Source: Fibrobacteria bacterium (lineage in GTDB: Bacteria; Fibrobacterota; Fibrobacteria; UBA11236). Taken from it: a stretch of DNA of 37,687 bases. The notes under the pieces were generated by a model. It made no database searches. It saw only the letters and a program-made list of their open reading frames with translations, and was not told the origin of the DNA. A program made the position numbers and the translations under genes. Shown in pieces: positions 25,575-35,162 of the stretch. The stretch's first letter is position 1; each line of letters begins with the position of its first letter. The stretch lies in NCBI GenBank assembly GCA_041746255.1, contig JBGTHM010000130.1, forward strand, positions 1 through 37,687, written 5' to 3'.

Positions 25575-27148
25575 GCACCTCCGCTGTTTCACTGTCCGAA
25601 CCGATTGTTCCCAGCCTTAAAGGCGGAGGCGACTCGCCCAAACCCCATGCCGTTGTTATCGGCTCAGGCTTCGGAGGGCTTTCCGCGGCCATTCGCTTGC
25701 AATCCTCCGGCTTCCAAGTCACGTTGCTGGAAAAACTGGAAAAGGCCGGAGGGCGCGCCAGTCGTTGGCGGCAGGACGGATATACCTTCGATATGGGACC
25801 CAGTCTCATCACCGCTCCGGGAACCTTGCGCCGGGTTTTCGCGGCGGCGGGAAAAAAATTGGACGACTATCTTAAGCTCATTCATCTGGATCCCTACTAC
25901 CGGGTATTTTTTCACGACAAAACCCTCATCGACTATTGCGGCGATCGCGATAAAATGATGAGCCAAATGGCTCGGTTCAATGAACGCGATGCCGAACGTT
26001 ACGACGATTTCATCGACGCCATTCGCCCTATCCACGCGGCGGTGATGGAGGACGGACTGGGCGCCACGCCTTTTCACAAACCTTCCACCATGGCGCGTTT
26101 TCTGCCCACGATTTTCCGGCTCAAAGCCTTTTTGCCGGCCACAGTATTCGTGAATCGGTTTTTTCGTGACTTCCGTCACCGCTTCCTTTTCAGTTTTCAT
26201 CCCCTGTATATTGGCGGAAATCCTTTTCGCGTACCGGCAATTTATCTTTTGATTCCTTATCTCGAGCGCAATGAAGGGGTTTGGTATACGCCGGGAGGCA
26301 TGTATAGCGTCATCGAGGCCCTGCAAAAAGTTTTCCTGGAAAAGGGGGGGCGGCTTCTCACCGGAAAGCCGGTCACCCGCATCGAAGTGCATCAGCGCCG
26401 CGCCACCGCGGTTGTGGCTGGGGACGAAACCTATCCCTGCGATTTAGTTGTGAGCAATGCGGACGTGGGCCATACCTATCGTCATCTCATCGACCCCGTC
26501 CACCGTAAAAAATGGACCGAGCCCCGCATCGACCGGCTCGATTATACCATGAGCTGTTTTCTGCTTTTCCTGGGATGTAAAAAGCGCTTTTCCGAGATCA
26601 AGCATCACACCCTTATTCTCACGGAGCGATATCGTGCCTTGCTCCAGGATATTTTCACGAAGAAAATCCTTCCCGACGACTTCAGCATGTACGTGCATGC
26701 GCCCTCCATCACCGATCCTTCCATGGCTCCCGAAGGTTGTGAAAGTTTGATGGTGCTTATTCCCGTGGCCAATCAGCTTTCCAGCATCGACTGGGAAAAA
26801 AAGAAAGAAGGATTCGCCGACAAGGTGATCGATTTTCTGGAGGACTGGGGTATGGAGGGATTGAAGGAATCCCTGGAGGTCAAACGTATTTTCACGCCCG
26901 TCGATTTCGAGAGCCGTTATTTCGCCTTGCATGGCAATGCCTTCGCTTTGGTGCCGCGCCTGTCGCAAACCGGCTATTTCCGGCCGCATAATCGTAGCGA
27001 AGACGTGAAAAACCTATACTTGGTGGGTGCGGGCACGCATCCCGGAGCGGGGGTTCCCGGCGTATTGCTTTCCGCCGAAGCGGCCATGCAATGCATTCAC
27101 GAGGATTTTCCCGCCGTCAAAAAAGCGGGTGGACTCCGCACGGTTTAA
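25571..27148 (+). CDS. crtI: Phytoene desaturase
   Basis: VIGSGFGGLSAA, GYTFDMGPS, VVSNAD and NLYLVGAGTHPGAGVPGVLLSA. ATGA overlap with the GT gene. Confidence 0.95.
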   Translation: MSTSAVSLSEPIVPSLKGGGDSPKPHAVVIGSGFGGLSAAIRLQSSGFQVTLLEKLEKAGGRASRWRQDGYTFDMGPSLITAPGTLRRVFAAAGKKLDDYLKLIHLDPYYRVFFHDKTLIDYCGDRDKMMSQMARFNERDAERYDDFIDAIRPIHAAVMEDGLGATPFHKPSTMARFLPTIFRLKAFLPATVFVNRFFRDFRHRFLFSFHPLYIGGNPFRVPAIYLLIPYLERNEGVWYTPGGMYSVIEALQKVFLEKGGRLLTGKPVTRIEVHQRRATAVVAGDETYPCDLVVSNADVGHTYRHLIDPVHRKKWTEPRIDRLDYTMSCFLLFLGCKKRFSEIKHHTLILTERYRALLQDIFTKKILPDDFSMYVHAPSITDPSMAPEGCESLMVLIPVANQLSSIDWEKKKEGFADKVIDFLEDWGMEGLKESLEVKRIFTPVDFESRYFALHGNAFALVPRLSQTGYFRPHNRSEDVKNLYLVGAGTHPGAGVPGVLLSAEAAMQCIHEDFPAVKKAGGLRTV

Positions 27149-27163
27149 AAGGGCGCAGGAATT

Positions 27164-27844
27164 TTGCGGAAAAAGCATACCTATTTGCTGCTGAATCTCG
27201 GAAGCCTTTTGCTTCCGCTCCTGTTCTCCTTCCATCCCCGTATCGGGTTCGTTAAAAGGTGGAAGTCCGCAGGCAAGGCCATAATCATGACGGCCCTGCC
27301 TTTCGTTGCGTGGGACGTGGTCTTTACCCGTAAAGGCTATTGGAGTTTCAACGAAAAGTACCTGACGGGAAAAAGGCTGTTCAACCTCCCTGCCGAGGAA
27401 GTGCTTTTTTTCGGGGCCATCCCCTTCTCCTGCTTGTTCATTTATGACATCCTTCGCAAGCGCCCCAATTTGCACCTTCCCGAGCGCCCCTCCCGCGCGG
27501 TATTCTTGGCCGCCGCCCTGGGTTTGTGCTGCCTGGCGATTCGCAATGTCCATCGTCCCTACACCTTCCTGGTTTCTCTGCTCACCGCTCCGGCACTTTT
27601 CGCTTTCGCACTCGCGCCACGCCAGCGTTACCGGGGACTTTTCCTGTCGGCCTATCTTTTTCACCTCATACCCTTTTTCCTGGTGAATGGTTTGCTCACC
27701 GCGCTTCCCGTCGTGCGCTACAACGATTCCGCCAATCTGGGACGGCGCATCGGAAGCATTCCCATGGAAGACCCGATTTATTCCCTTTTATTGCTGCTGG
27801 GAAACGTGGTACTTTACGAAAGGTCTCTGGAGAAAACGCCATGA
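27164..27844 (+). CDS. crtY: Lycopene cyclase, fused CrtYc/d (membrane) type
   Basis: Hydrophobic protein with two cyclase repeats: AWD...GYWSFN...LPAEEVLFF and VNGLLT...YND...RIGSIPMED. Confidence 0.9.
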   Translation: MRKKHTYLLLNLGSLLLPLLFSFHPRIGFVKRWKSAGKAIIMTALPFVAWDVVFTRKGYWSFNEKYLTGKRLFNLPAEEVLFFGAIPFSCLFIYDILRKRPNLHLPERPSRAVFLAAALGLCCLAIRNVHRPYTFLVSLLTAPALFAFALAPRQRYRGLFLSAYLFHLIPFFLVNGLLTALPVVRYNDSANLGRRIGSIPMEDPIYSLLLLLGNVVLYERSLEKTP

Positions 27845-28341
27845 AATTTTTAGGGAACGCGATGGTCTTTCTCGTCAGTTATGTTGTCATGGAATTTTTA
27901 GGCGGGGCCACGCATAAATATGTCATGCATGGCCCGCTCTGGCGCTGGCACCGGGGCCACCATCATCCCTCTCCCGACAATCCCCGCTTCTTGGGATTCG
28001 AACCCAACGATTCCGTGGGCTTATTTTACAGCGTGCTGTCCATAATTCTGATCGCGCGCGGGGTCAAAGGGCGGCCCGTCTCCCTGTTTATCGGTCTGGG
28101 CATTACGGCCTGGGGCCTCAGTTATTTCCTTTTGCACGATTGCCTGGTGCATCGCCGCCTGGGGGGGCATTTCCGACCCAAGAACCGCTATTTGCGCAGG
28201 ATTGTGGCCGTCCATCGCCTCCATCATGCCAATCGGGAAAAAGAGGGGGGCCGCTTTTTCGGGTTCGTTTACGCACCTAGCCTCCCGGATCGGCCGAAAA
28301 AACATTTTCACTCACCCATAGCTTCCGCTTCGGTGGTATAA
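27841..28341 (+). CDS. crtZ: Beta-carotene hydroxylase
   Basis: His boxes HKYVMHG, WHRGHH, HDCLVHRR and HRLHH, plus FEPND and FGF. ATGA overlap with the cyclase gene. Confidence 0.93.
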   Translation: MKFLGNAMVFLVSYVVMEFLGGATHKYVMHGPLWRWHRGHHHPSPDNPRFLGFEPNDSVGLFYSVLSIILIARGVKGRPVSLFIGLGITAWGLSYFLLHDCLVHRRLGGHFRPKNRYLRRIVAVHRLHHANREKEGGRFFGFVYAPSLPDRPKKHFHSPIASASVV

Positions 28342-28410
28342 TGGCCGGGTAAACGGCGTTTTGGCAATCCGAATTCCATCGGGCTGCCACGACGCGGTTT
28401 TTCCTATAGT

Positions 28411-29940
28411 ATGGCCGGCGTTTCGCTCGAAATTCTAACCGGAAAACAAAACGGCACCTTTATCGAGGTGGAAAGCGTACTCATCCTGGGACGCAATGCG
28501 AATTGCGGTTGGCAACCTGAAGGAGCCGAAGCGGCTTTCGTCTCCGGCGAGCATGCCCTCATCGAAAGGCGTGGGCAGCAAAACGATGTGTTGGGGATCC
28601 GGGATTTATCCAGCACGAACGGAACTTTCGTTAACGGCAATAGGGTAACGGAAGCGGAGCTTAACCTCGGGGACACCTTTTCACTGGGCTTGCAGGGCCC
28701 CCGTCTCCGCTTCGTGGGTGCCCGCATAAAGGGCCGGAGCGAGGGGGAACCGGGAGCCACCCGCGTGGCCCTACCGACATCCGAGCCTCCGGCGATTGTG
28801 GAAAACGATTCCGATCCGGAAGGTGGAAAGACCTTTCTGCTGGCCAAACAATTGAAGGAAAACCGCCTGGGACAGACCGAGTTCGGGCGGTTGTTGACAA
28901 ACCCGGCACGAGTCGGGCGCATGGTGGGAAAAGGTCTGCTCCCGAAAAAATTGGGAGCCTTGCTGGCGGGAGCTTCGCGCACTTATTCGCGCCGCAGCCG
29001 GCAATTCCTTTGGATCCTAGGGTCGGTCACCCTGTTCGCCGTCATATCCGTAACCTACCTGCTACTGGAAAATGCCCACTACCGATCCAAACTCACCGAA
29101 CAAGCGGAGTTGTTGCGGCAAATTCAGGAATGGGAAGCGTTGCTTCGCGACGCCGGTGAAAATGACCTGGTAGATAAGCGCGATGATCTGGTCAGGCGTC
29201 TATCGCAGGCGGAGAAACGTTTTCTGGCCTTACGCGGGGAAATCAAAGCCAACGACCGGCTTGACGCTTATTCTCATCCCCTCGGCTGGGAAATCCACGC
29301 TGTACTGGAAGAGTTGGGTAAAAAAGGGTTTATCGTCCCCGAAAATTTCATTCAGCTCGTGGAGGAGCATATCCACCGCTTCACCTCGCCTTCCATGCGC
29401 CCGACCTTAGAGGTTGTATGGAAGAGGAAATCGAAATATTCGAAGTTGGTGCAAGAGGAATTACTTCGCAAAAAATTACCTCAATTGTTTTTCTATCTGG
29501 CCATGCAGGAAAGCCTACTCGACCCCTTGGCGCTAAGCCCGGCCGGGGCCCGGGGTCTCTGGCAATTCATGCCGGCCACCGCTCGGGGCTATGGCTTGGA
29601 CGTGCCGGAAAACTGGGAAGATTTGCCTCCCGAAGCTGACCCGCGCACCGATGTGCGGAAGTCCACGCACGCCGCAGCCCGCTATCTCCATCGGCTTTAC
29701 GTGGAATTGGGCGACGCCCCCTTGGCCATGGCGGCGTATAATTCAGGTGGTGGGCGTATGCGCCGTGTTTTGCACAAAATCGAAGACCCCGTAGCGGACA
29801 GGGACTTCTGGTATATGTACAGGCTGGGTTTGTTGAATCGGGAAACCGCGGAATACGTTCCCAAAATCATCGCGATCATTCTTGTCGATCGCAATCGCGA
29901 GCGCTACGGATTTACAGCCGAGACCGTGGTCCTTAATTAA
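28411..29940 (+). CDS. FHA domain - transmembrane helix - coiled coil - MltD/Slt-like lytic transglycosylase
   Basis: FHA motifs LGR...VSGEHA...DLSSTNGTFVNG. TM FLWILGSVTLFAVISVTYLLL. SLT motifs QES, GARGLWQFMPATA, AAYNSG and ETAEYVPK. Confidence 0.9.
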   Translation: MAGVSLEILTGKQNGTFIEVESVLILGRNANCGWQPEGAEAAFVSGEHALIERRGQQNDVLGIRDLSSTNGTFVNGNRVTEAELNLGDTFSLGLQGPRLRFVGARIKGRSEGEPGATRVALPTSEPPAIVENDSDPEGGKTFLLAKQLKENRLGQTEFGRLLTNPARVGRMVGKGLLPKKLGALLAGASRTYSRRSRQFLWILGSVTLFAVISVTYLLLENAHYRSKLTEQAELLRQIQEWEALLRDAGENDLVDKRDDLVRRLSQAEKRFLALRGEIKANDRLDAYSHPLGWEIHAVLEELGKKGFIVPENFIQLVEEHIHRFTSPSMRPTLEVVWKRKSKYSKLVQEELLRKKLPQLFFYLAMQESLLDPLALSPAGARGLWQFMPATARGYGLDVPENWEDLPPEADPRTDVRKSTHAAARYLHRLYVELGDAPLAMAAYNSGGGRMRRVLHKIEDPVADRDFWYMYRLGLLNRETAEYVPKIIAIILVDRNRERYGFTAETVVLN

Positions 29941-29953
29941 TTTTGGGCCCATC

Positions 29954-30694
29954 ATGCAACGTTATCGATTCGCCGTCGAGTATTTGGGCACTGGTTTTGA
30001 CGGATGGCAGGTGCAGCCCGGACGGCGCACCGTCGAGGGTGAGCTCGCGAAGGCCTTCGCCATTGCGCTCAAAACCCCCGTGGACGTGGTGGGGTCGGGG
30101 CGCACCGATGCCGGGGTCCACGCCCTCGGACAGGTAGCCCATTTCGATTTCCCCCAGGCCCTCGATATCCGGAAAACCGAAAAATCCATCAACGCGCTTA
30201 CTCCCGCCGATATTTGCATCCGGCGGCTTGAGCCCTGTGGGGCCGATTTTCATGCCCGGTTTTCGGCGCTTTCCCGTCGTTATCAATATGCGATTGCCTT
30301 GCGTCCCACCGCACTTTATAACTCGCTTGCCTGGTATAGCGGCTTTCCCGTAGACGTATCCCTCTTCGCGGAAGAGTTGGCGCAGGTGGTGGGGAGGCGC
30401 AATTTTGCTAATTTCTGTATTTCTCGCCTTGATGGAAAGTCGGAGGAATGCGAGATTTTTCTCGCGAAATGTGAGAAAGAGGGAGATTTTTTGTCGGTTC
30501 GCCTGGAAGCGAACCGTTTTCTGCATAAAATGGTGCGCGCTATTGTGGGAGCCTGTTTCGAGGTGGCCCGCGGGCATTTTCAGCCCGGCACGGTTCGGGC
30601 CATTTTGAATAATGAGTTCCACGGCGAATGGCAATGGGTGCCGCCGACGGGGCTTTGCCTCGAAAAGGTGATTTACCAGGATTATGATATTTAG
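29954..30694 (+). CDS. truA: tRNA pseudouridine(38-40) synthase
   Basis: EYLGTGFDGWQVQ, GSGRTDAGVHALGQVAHFD, FHARFSA and NRFLHKMVR. Confidence 0.96.
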   Translation: MQRYRFAVEYLGTGFDGWQVQPGRRTVEGELAKAFAIALKTPVDVVGSGRTDAGVHALGQVAHFDFPQALDIRKTEKSINALTPADICIRRLEPCGADFHARFSALSRRYQYAIALRPTALYNSLAWYSGFPVDVSLFAEELAQVVGRRNFANFCISRLDGKSEECEIFLAKCEKEGDFLSVRLEANRFLHKMVRAIVGACFEVARGHFQPGTVRAILNNEFHGEWQWVPPTGLCLEKVIYQDYDI

Positions 30695-31883
30695 AAACAC
30701 CCTCTTTCTTGTGATAGGCGTCGTGCTGACTCTGGCGCTGCAAGGCCCCATGCAATCATGGGTTTCGGGATTATCCCATACAGGCCTTCCTAAAATACAG
30801 GTCGCAGCGCCCTTGGCCAAACAGTCAGCTTCTTCTACGGGGCCCGCCGCCGATCCGCTTCCGGGTTATGCTCCGGCGGAAAGCCGTCGCAACGCTCTGG
30901 TCGTCGCCACCGAAATAGCCGCTCCGGCCGTAGTCAGCATCGCCGTCACCCGCAGCGCCGTGGTGCGCTATCGCAATCCGTTCTATAACGACCCCTTTTT
31001 CGACTTCTTCGGACCACAATACCGCCGGGAAGAATTCAGCAGCATGGGATCGGGAGTCATCATCTCGGAGCAAGGTTATATCCTGACCAATTCCCATGTG
31101 GTCGGGGGCAGGCAAGGCGGTAAACTGGAGCGGGTGCTGGTCTCCCTGGGCGATGGGCGAAGCTTCGAGGCCGAACTGATAGGCGAGGACCCCGACAACG
31201 ACCTCGCCGTGCTGAAGATATCCGGAAAGGATTTACCCATCGCGCGCATTCAGCGACAGCCCGACAATCTCATCGCCGAATGGGTGGTCGCCATCGGAAA
31301 CCCCTTCGGCTACCTTATCGGCGACGGCCAAGCCACCGTGACTGTGGGGGTGATTTCCGCGATAAAGAGAAGTTTCAGCAGCGGCAGCGGCCTACATTAT
31401 CATAATATGATCCAGACGGACGCGGCCATCAACCCCGGAAACTCCGGAGGACCGCTGGTCAATTCGCGGGGAGAGGTCATCGGCATCAACACCTTCATCT
31501 TTACCGGCGGCGGTGAATCGCAAGGCTCCATCGGCTTGGGCTTTGCCATTCCCATCCAGAAGGCCATGCTGGTGCTTGACGAACTCGTCCGTTTCGGACG
31601 CATACGCGATTTCACTACCGGTATATACGCGGCACCGGCCTTAGGACGTACCTCTGATGGCGTCGTGGGGGTGGTGGTGGCTCAAGTGGATCCCCGTTCT
31701 CCCGGCGAGAAGGCGGGAATTAGGCGCGGAGATATCATTCAGACCGTAGCCGGTAAAAAGCTCAATGCCGTTAGGGACATACAAGCCGTATTCAAGCTTT
31801 TCCAGGTAGGGGAAAAGGTGGAAATCACGTTTTTCCGGGATGGAAAGCGCGTCACCACCCATCTCATCCTGGAAGAGAAGTAA
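30684..31883 (+). CDS. htrA: HtrA/DegP-family serine protease with one PDZ domain
   Basis: GSGVII, LTNSHVV, DLAVLKI, AIGNPFG, QTDAAINPGNSGGPL and a C-terminal PDZ domain. Confidence 0.93.
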   Translation: MIFRNTLFLVIGVVLTLALQGPMQSWVSGLSHTGLPKIQVAAPLAKQSASSTGPAADPLPGYAPAESRRNALVVATEIAAPAVVSIAVTRSAVVRYRNPFYNDPFFDFFGPQYRREEFSSMGSGVIISEQGYILTNSHVVGGRQGGKLERVLVSLGDGRSFEAELIGEDPDNDLAVLKISGKDLPIARIQRQPDNLIAEWVVAIGNPFGYLIGDGQATVTVGVISAIKRSFSSGSGLHYHNMIQTDAAINPGNSGGPLVNSRGEVIGINTFIFTGGGESQGSIGLGFAIPIQKAMLVLDELVRFGRIRDFTTGIYAAPALGRTSDGVVGVVVAQVDPRSPGEKAGIRRGDIIQTVAGKKLNAVRDIQAVFKLFQVGEKVEITFFRDGKRVTTHLILEEK

Positions 31884-31907
31884 AAACTTTGCAACCTGAA
31901 AGAACCT

Positions 31908-32216
31908 ATGAAGAACAATAGCATCGCCCGACTGATAGTGTTTATCTTTGTGGGCCTTATCGTAGGGGGCATCCTGGGCGAGTCCCTGGGCTTTTTGCTG
32001 GGAAAGATAGGCGTTTTAAGCGGAGGGGATATCGACAATCCCATCCGGAATTTTTTCGTCTATCCGCTGGTCATCGATCTCGGCGCCGGCGATAAGGGAT
32101 TTCTGCTCGACCTGTATATGGTCAAGCTGCGTATTGGCTTGGGTTTCAAGTTCAACGTATGCAGCATACTGGGAATGGTCATCAGTCTTTATATCATGAA
32201 ATGGTCTGCGAGGTAG
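31908..32216 (+). CDS. Small membrane protein, DUF4321-like
   Basis: 102 aa with GLIVGGILGESL...LDLYMVKLRIGLGFKFNVCSILG. It fills the htrA-gatA gap. Confidence 0.75.
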   Translation: MKNNSIARLIVFIFVGLIVGGILGESLGFLLGKIGVLSGGDIDNPIRNFFVYPLVIDLGAGDKGFLLDLYMVKLRIGLGFKFNVCSILGMVISLYIMKWSAR

Positions 32217-32220
32217 TAAA

Positions 32221-33648
32221 ATGAGCGCAATGGCGGCAATAGCCGAAACCGCGCAAAAGGTACGCAACGGCGAAGTAAGCGCCGAATCCCTGGTGAAGGC
32301 CGGCCTGGAACGCATCCGCTCCCAAGAATCCCTGAATGCTTACATCTCCGTGCTGGATGAGTATGCGCTCGAGCGCGCCCGCAACGTGGATATCCGGCGC
32401 GAGAAGGGCGAGAAGCTGGGAGACTTGGCGGGCATACCCATCGCCGTTAAGGACAACATCGTCACTTCTGTAGGACGTACCACCTGCGCTTCGCGCATGT
32501 TGGAGAAGTTCGAATCCCCTTATGATGCGGAAGCCGTGGCCCGGCTCTTGGCGCAGGATGCCATTCCCATCGGCAAAACCAACATGGACGAATTCGCCAT
32601 GGGTTCCTCTTCCGAAACCAGCCATTTCGGAGCGCCCATCAACCCGCTCGAATCCACTGCAATCGCGGGCGGCTCTTCCGGAGGTTCGGCCGTGGCCGTG
32701 GCTTCCGGTACGGTGGAAGCGGCCCTGGGTTCCGATACGGGCGGATCCATCCGGCAGCCGGCCAGTTGTTGCGGAGTAGTCGGAGTCAAACCCACTTATG
32801 GCCGTGTATCACGATACGGATTGGTGGCCTACGCTTCCTCCCTCGACCAAATCGGAACCTTTTCCCGTAATGTCGCCGATTCGGCTTATTTGCACAATTA
32901 CATCTGTGGCTACGACATTAAGGACAACACTTCTTCGCCACGCGAAGTGCCCGACTTTACCGCCAACCTGGGCCGCGGCTTGCAGGGCAAGGTGGTGGGG
33001 CTTCCCAAGGAATGTTTCGGCGACGGCCTGCAAAAAGAAGTACGTGAAAGCCTGGAAGCCGTGCTCGCCAAGCTCGAGTCCGCCGGCGCGGTTATCCGGG
33101 AGATTTCGCTGCCCAACATTCAATACGCCGTAGCTTCTTATTACGTTATCGCCACGGCAGAAGCCTCGGCCAACCTCGCGCGCTTCGACGGAGTGCGCTA
33201 TACCTATCGCTCCTCCCAGGCCACAGACCTCTATGAAATGTACGCGAAGTCCCGTTCCGAAGGTTTCGGATACGAGGTGAAAAAGCGTATCTTGCTGGGC
33301 ACCTATGTTCTCAGCTCCGGTTTCTATGATGCCTACTATATCCAGGCGGAAAAAGTGCGCCGTCTTATCACCAACGATTACCAGAAGGCCTTCGAAAGCT
33401 GCGACATCATCGCTTCTCCGACCATGCCCACCCTGCCTCCCAAGGTGGGAGCGGTATTCCAGGATCCCATGGTGATGTATTTGCAGGACATATTCACGGT
33501 GGCCCTGAACCTGGCGGGTTTACCCGGCCTGTCCATGCCGGTGGATAAGGTGGGCGATTTGAGCGTGGGGCTTCAGCTCATGGGCAAGGCTTTCGAAGAA
33601 CAAGAGCTTTTCCAAGTTGCCGAGGCTGTCGAAAAAATCCTCGCATAA
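32221..33648 (+). CDS. gatA: Glu-tRNA(Gln)/Asp-tRNA(Asn) amidotransferase subunit A
   Basis: IAVKDNI, GKTNMDEFAMGSS, GGSSGGSA, GSDTGGSIRQPAS, NLARFDGVRY and EVKKRILLGT. Confidence 0.97.
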   Translation: MSAMAAIAETAQKVRNGEVSAESLVKAGLERIRSQESLNAYISVLDEYALERARNVDIRREKGEKLGDLAGIPIAVKDNIVTSVGRTTCASRMLEKFESPYDAEAVARLLAQDAIPIGKTNMDEFAMGSSSETSHFGAPINPLESTAIAGGSSGGSAVAVASGTVEAALGSDTGGSIRQPASCCGVVGVKPTYGRVSRYGLVAYASSLDQIGTFSRNVADSAYLHNYICGYDIKDNTSSPREVPDFTANLGRGLQGKVVGLPKECFGDGLQKEVRESLEAVLAKLESAGAVIREISLPNIQYAVASYYVIATAEASANLARFDGVRYTYRSSQATDLYEMYAKSRSEGFGYEVKKRILLGTYVLSSGFYDAYYIQAEKVRRLITNDYQKAFESCDIIASPTMPTLPPKVGAVFQDPMVMYLQDIFTVALNLAGLPGLSMPVDKVGDLSVGLQLMGKAFEEQELFQVAEAVEKILA

Positions 33649-34195
33649 CAGGGCGTTCCTTGCGTTGGTTTGCCTGCTTTTGGCGGCCTGCTCCGGAACC
33701 GGGGATAGACCGTATTTCAAACGTTCCATCGGCGCCTATTCTGATCCCGCCTCGCGGCCACACCACGTTCCACCTGGCCGCGTTCCGGCGGTCGACAAGC
33801 TCAAACTCAACCCGGCAACTCTTCCTACCGGTGTAACCAAGCTGAAAAAAACCGCCGATTCCTATCTCGGTGTGCCCTATCGCTATGGGGGAGCCACGCG
33901 CGCCGGCATGGACTGTTCCGGATTCATCCAAACGGTTTTTTCCGAGGCGGCCAACGTCAAGCTTCCCCGTTACACCGGGGCGATATACGGCGAAGGGGTT
34001 CCCGTGATGCGCGATGAATTGAAGCCGGGCGACCTGGTATTTTTCAAACGCTTGACGGTTGTCTTTCACGCCGGAATCTATATGGGAGGAGGATATTTCA
34101 TCCACTCTTCTTCCACCCATGGGGTTTCCTACACCCATCTGGATTCCCCCTTTTTCAAACCGCGGTATGCGGGCGCAAGACGCATTTTGCCTTAA
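33617..34195 (+). CDS. NlpC/P60 (C40) lipoprotein peptidase
   Basis: Lipobox LLAAC, YLGVPYRYGG, DCSGF, GDLVFF, HAGIY and FIHSSS. The exact start is uncertain. Confidence 0.92.
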   Translation: MPRLSKKSSHNRAFLALVCLLLAACSGTGDRPYFKRSIGAYSDPASRPHHVPPGRVPAVDKLKLNPATLPTGVTKLKKTADSYLGVPYRYGGATRAGMDCSGFIQTVFSEAANVKLPRYTGAIYGEGVPVMRDELKPGDLVFFKRLTVVFHAGIYMGGGYFIHSSSTHGVSYTHLDSPFFKPRYAGARRILP

Positions 34196-34242
34196 TGCGG
34201 CAGGAGTAGACGGGACGTGGATTTACTATTATTTGATACCCC

Positions 34243-35109
34243 ATGAAAGCAGCTTTTCAAGGCGTTCATGGCGCCTATAGTGAGATGGCATCCAAGGTAT
34301 TGCTTGGGGCCGAATGTCGGCTCCTTCCCAAGCCGGCATTCGAAAACGTATTCGAGGCGGTTAGCCGAGGCAAGGCCGACCGCGGCGTCATACCCATTGA
34401 GAACTCGCTGGCCGGCAGCATTCACCAGAATTACGATTTGTTGATGGCGCACGATTTGCATATCGTCGGTGAGACCCATCTTCGAGTTGAACATGTGCTT
34501 ATGGGCCATTCCTCCGCGTCGCTGGTTTCGCTGGAAGAGGTTCGCTCCCATCCGCAAGCCTTGGCGCAATGCAGCGGTTTTTTCGCCAGGCATCCCAGAA
34601 TCAAAGCCACGGCGTATTTCGACACCGCCGGGGCCGCGGAATCGTTGGTCAAGGCTGCGTCTTCCCGCTTGGGAGCCATTGCCGGGGCACAGGCCGCCGA
34701 ACTCTATGGTTTGAAGATTCTGAAACGGAATCTCGAAAACCGTTCCCACAATTATACGCGCTTTCTGCTCATCGCTCGTAAACCGATTAAGCCCGCCGCC
34801 GAGACGGCGGCCAAATGCAGCGTCACCTTCCGGCCGGATAAAAACCAGGTGGGCGGCCTTTTCCGTGTGCTGGGCGTATTCGCCCTGCGCGACATCGATT
34901 TGCTCAAAATAGAATCGCGCCCCGATCCGGAGAACGCCTTCGCCTACCGCTTCTATCTCGATTTCGCCGGAAGCCCCGCCGACAAGCGCGTCGCCAAGGC
35001 TTTGGATCACCTCCAGGAAATCGTAAACGATTACCGGCTGTTAGGCGCCTATGCCCGCGATCCTTCCTTTCCCAAACGACCCCGGGCGAAAGAACGCGCG
35101 AAGCAATAA
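34243..35109 (+). CDS. pheA: Prephenate dehydratase (monofunctional, with ACT domain)
   Basis: FQGVHGAYSE, PIENS, SHPQALAQC, NYTRF and LLKIESRP. Confidence 0.95.
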   Translation: MKAAFQGVHGAYSEMASKVLLGAECRLLPKPAFENVFEAVSRGKADRGVIPIENSLAGSIHQNYDLLMAHDLHIVGETHLRVEHVLMGHSSASLVSLEEVRSHPQALAQCSGFFARHPRIKATAYFDTAGAAESLVKAASSRLGAIAGAQAAELYGLKILKRNLENRSHNYTRFLLIARKPIKPAAETAAKCSVTFRPDKNQVGGLFRVLGVFALRDIDLLKIESRPDPENAFAYRFYLDFAGSPADKRVAKALDHLQEIVNDYRLLGAYARDPSFPKRPRAKERAKQ

Positions 35110-35162
35110 TCCCCGTAACATCCACAAAACTATACGACGACGCAATACGAAGGACTGAAAAC

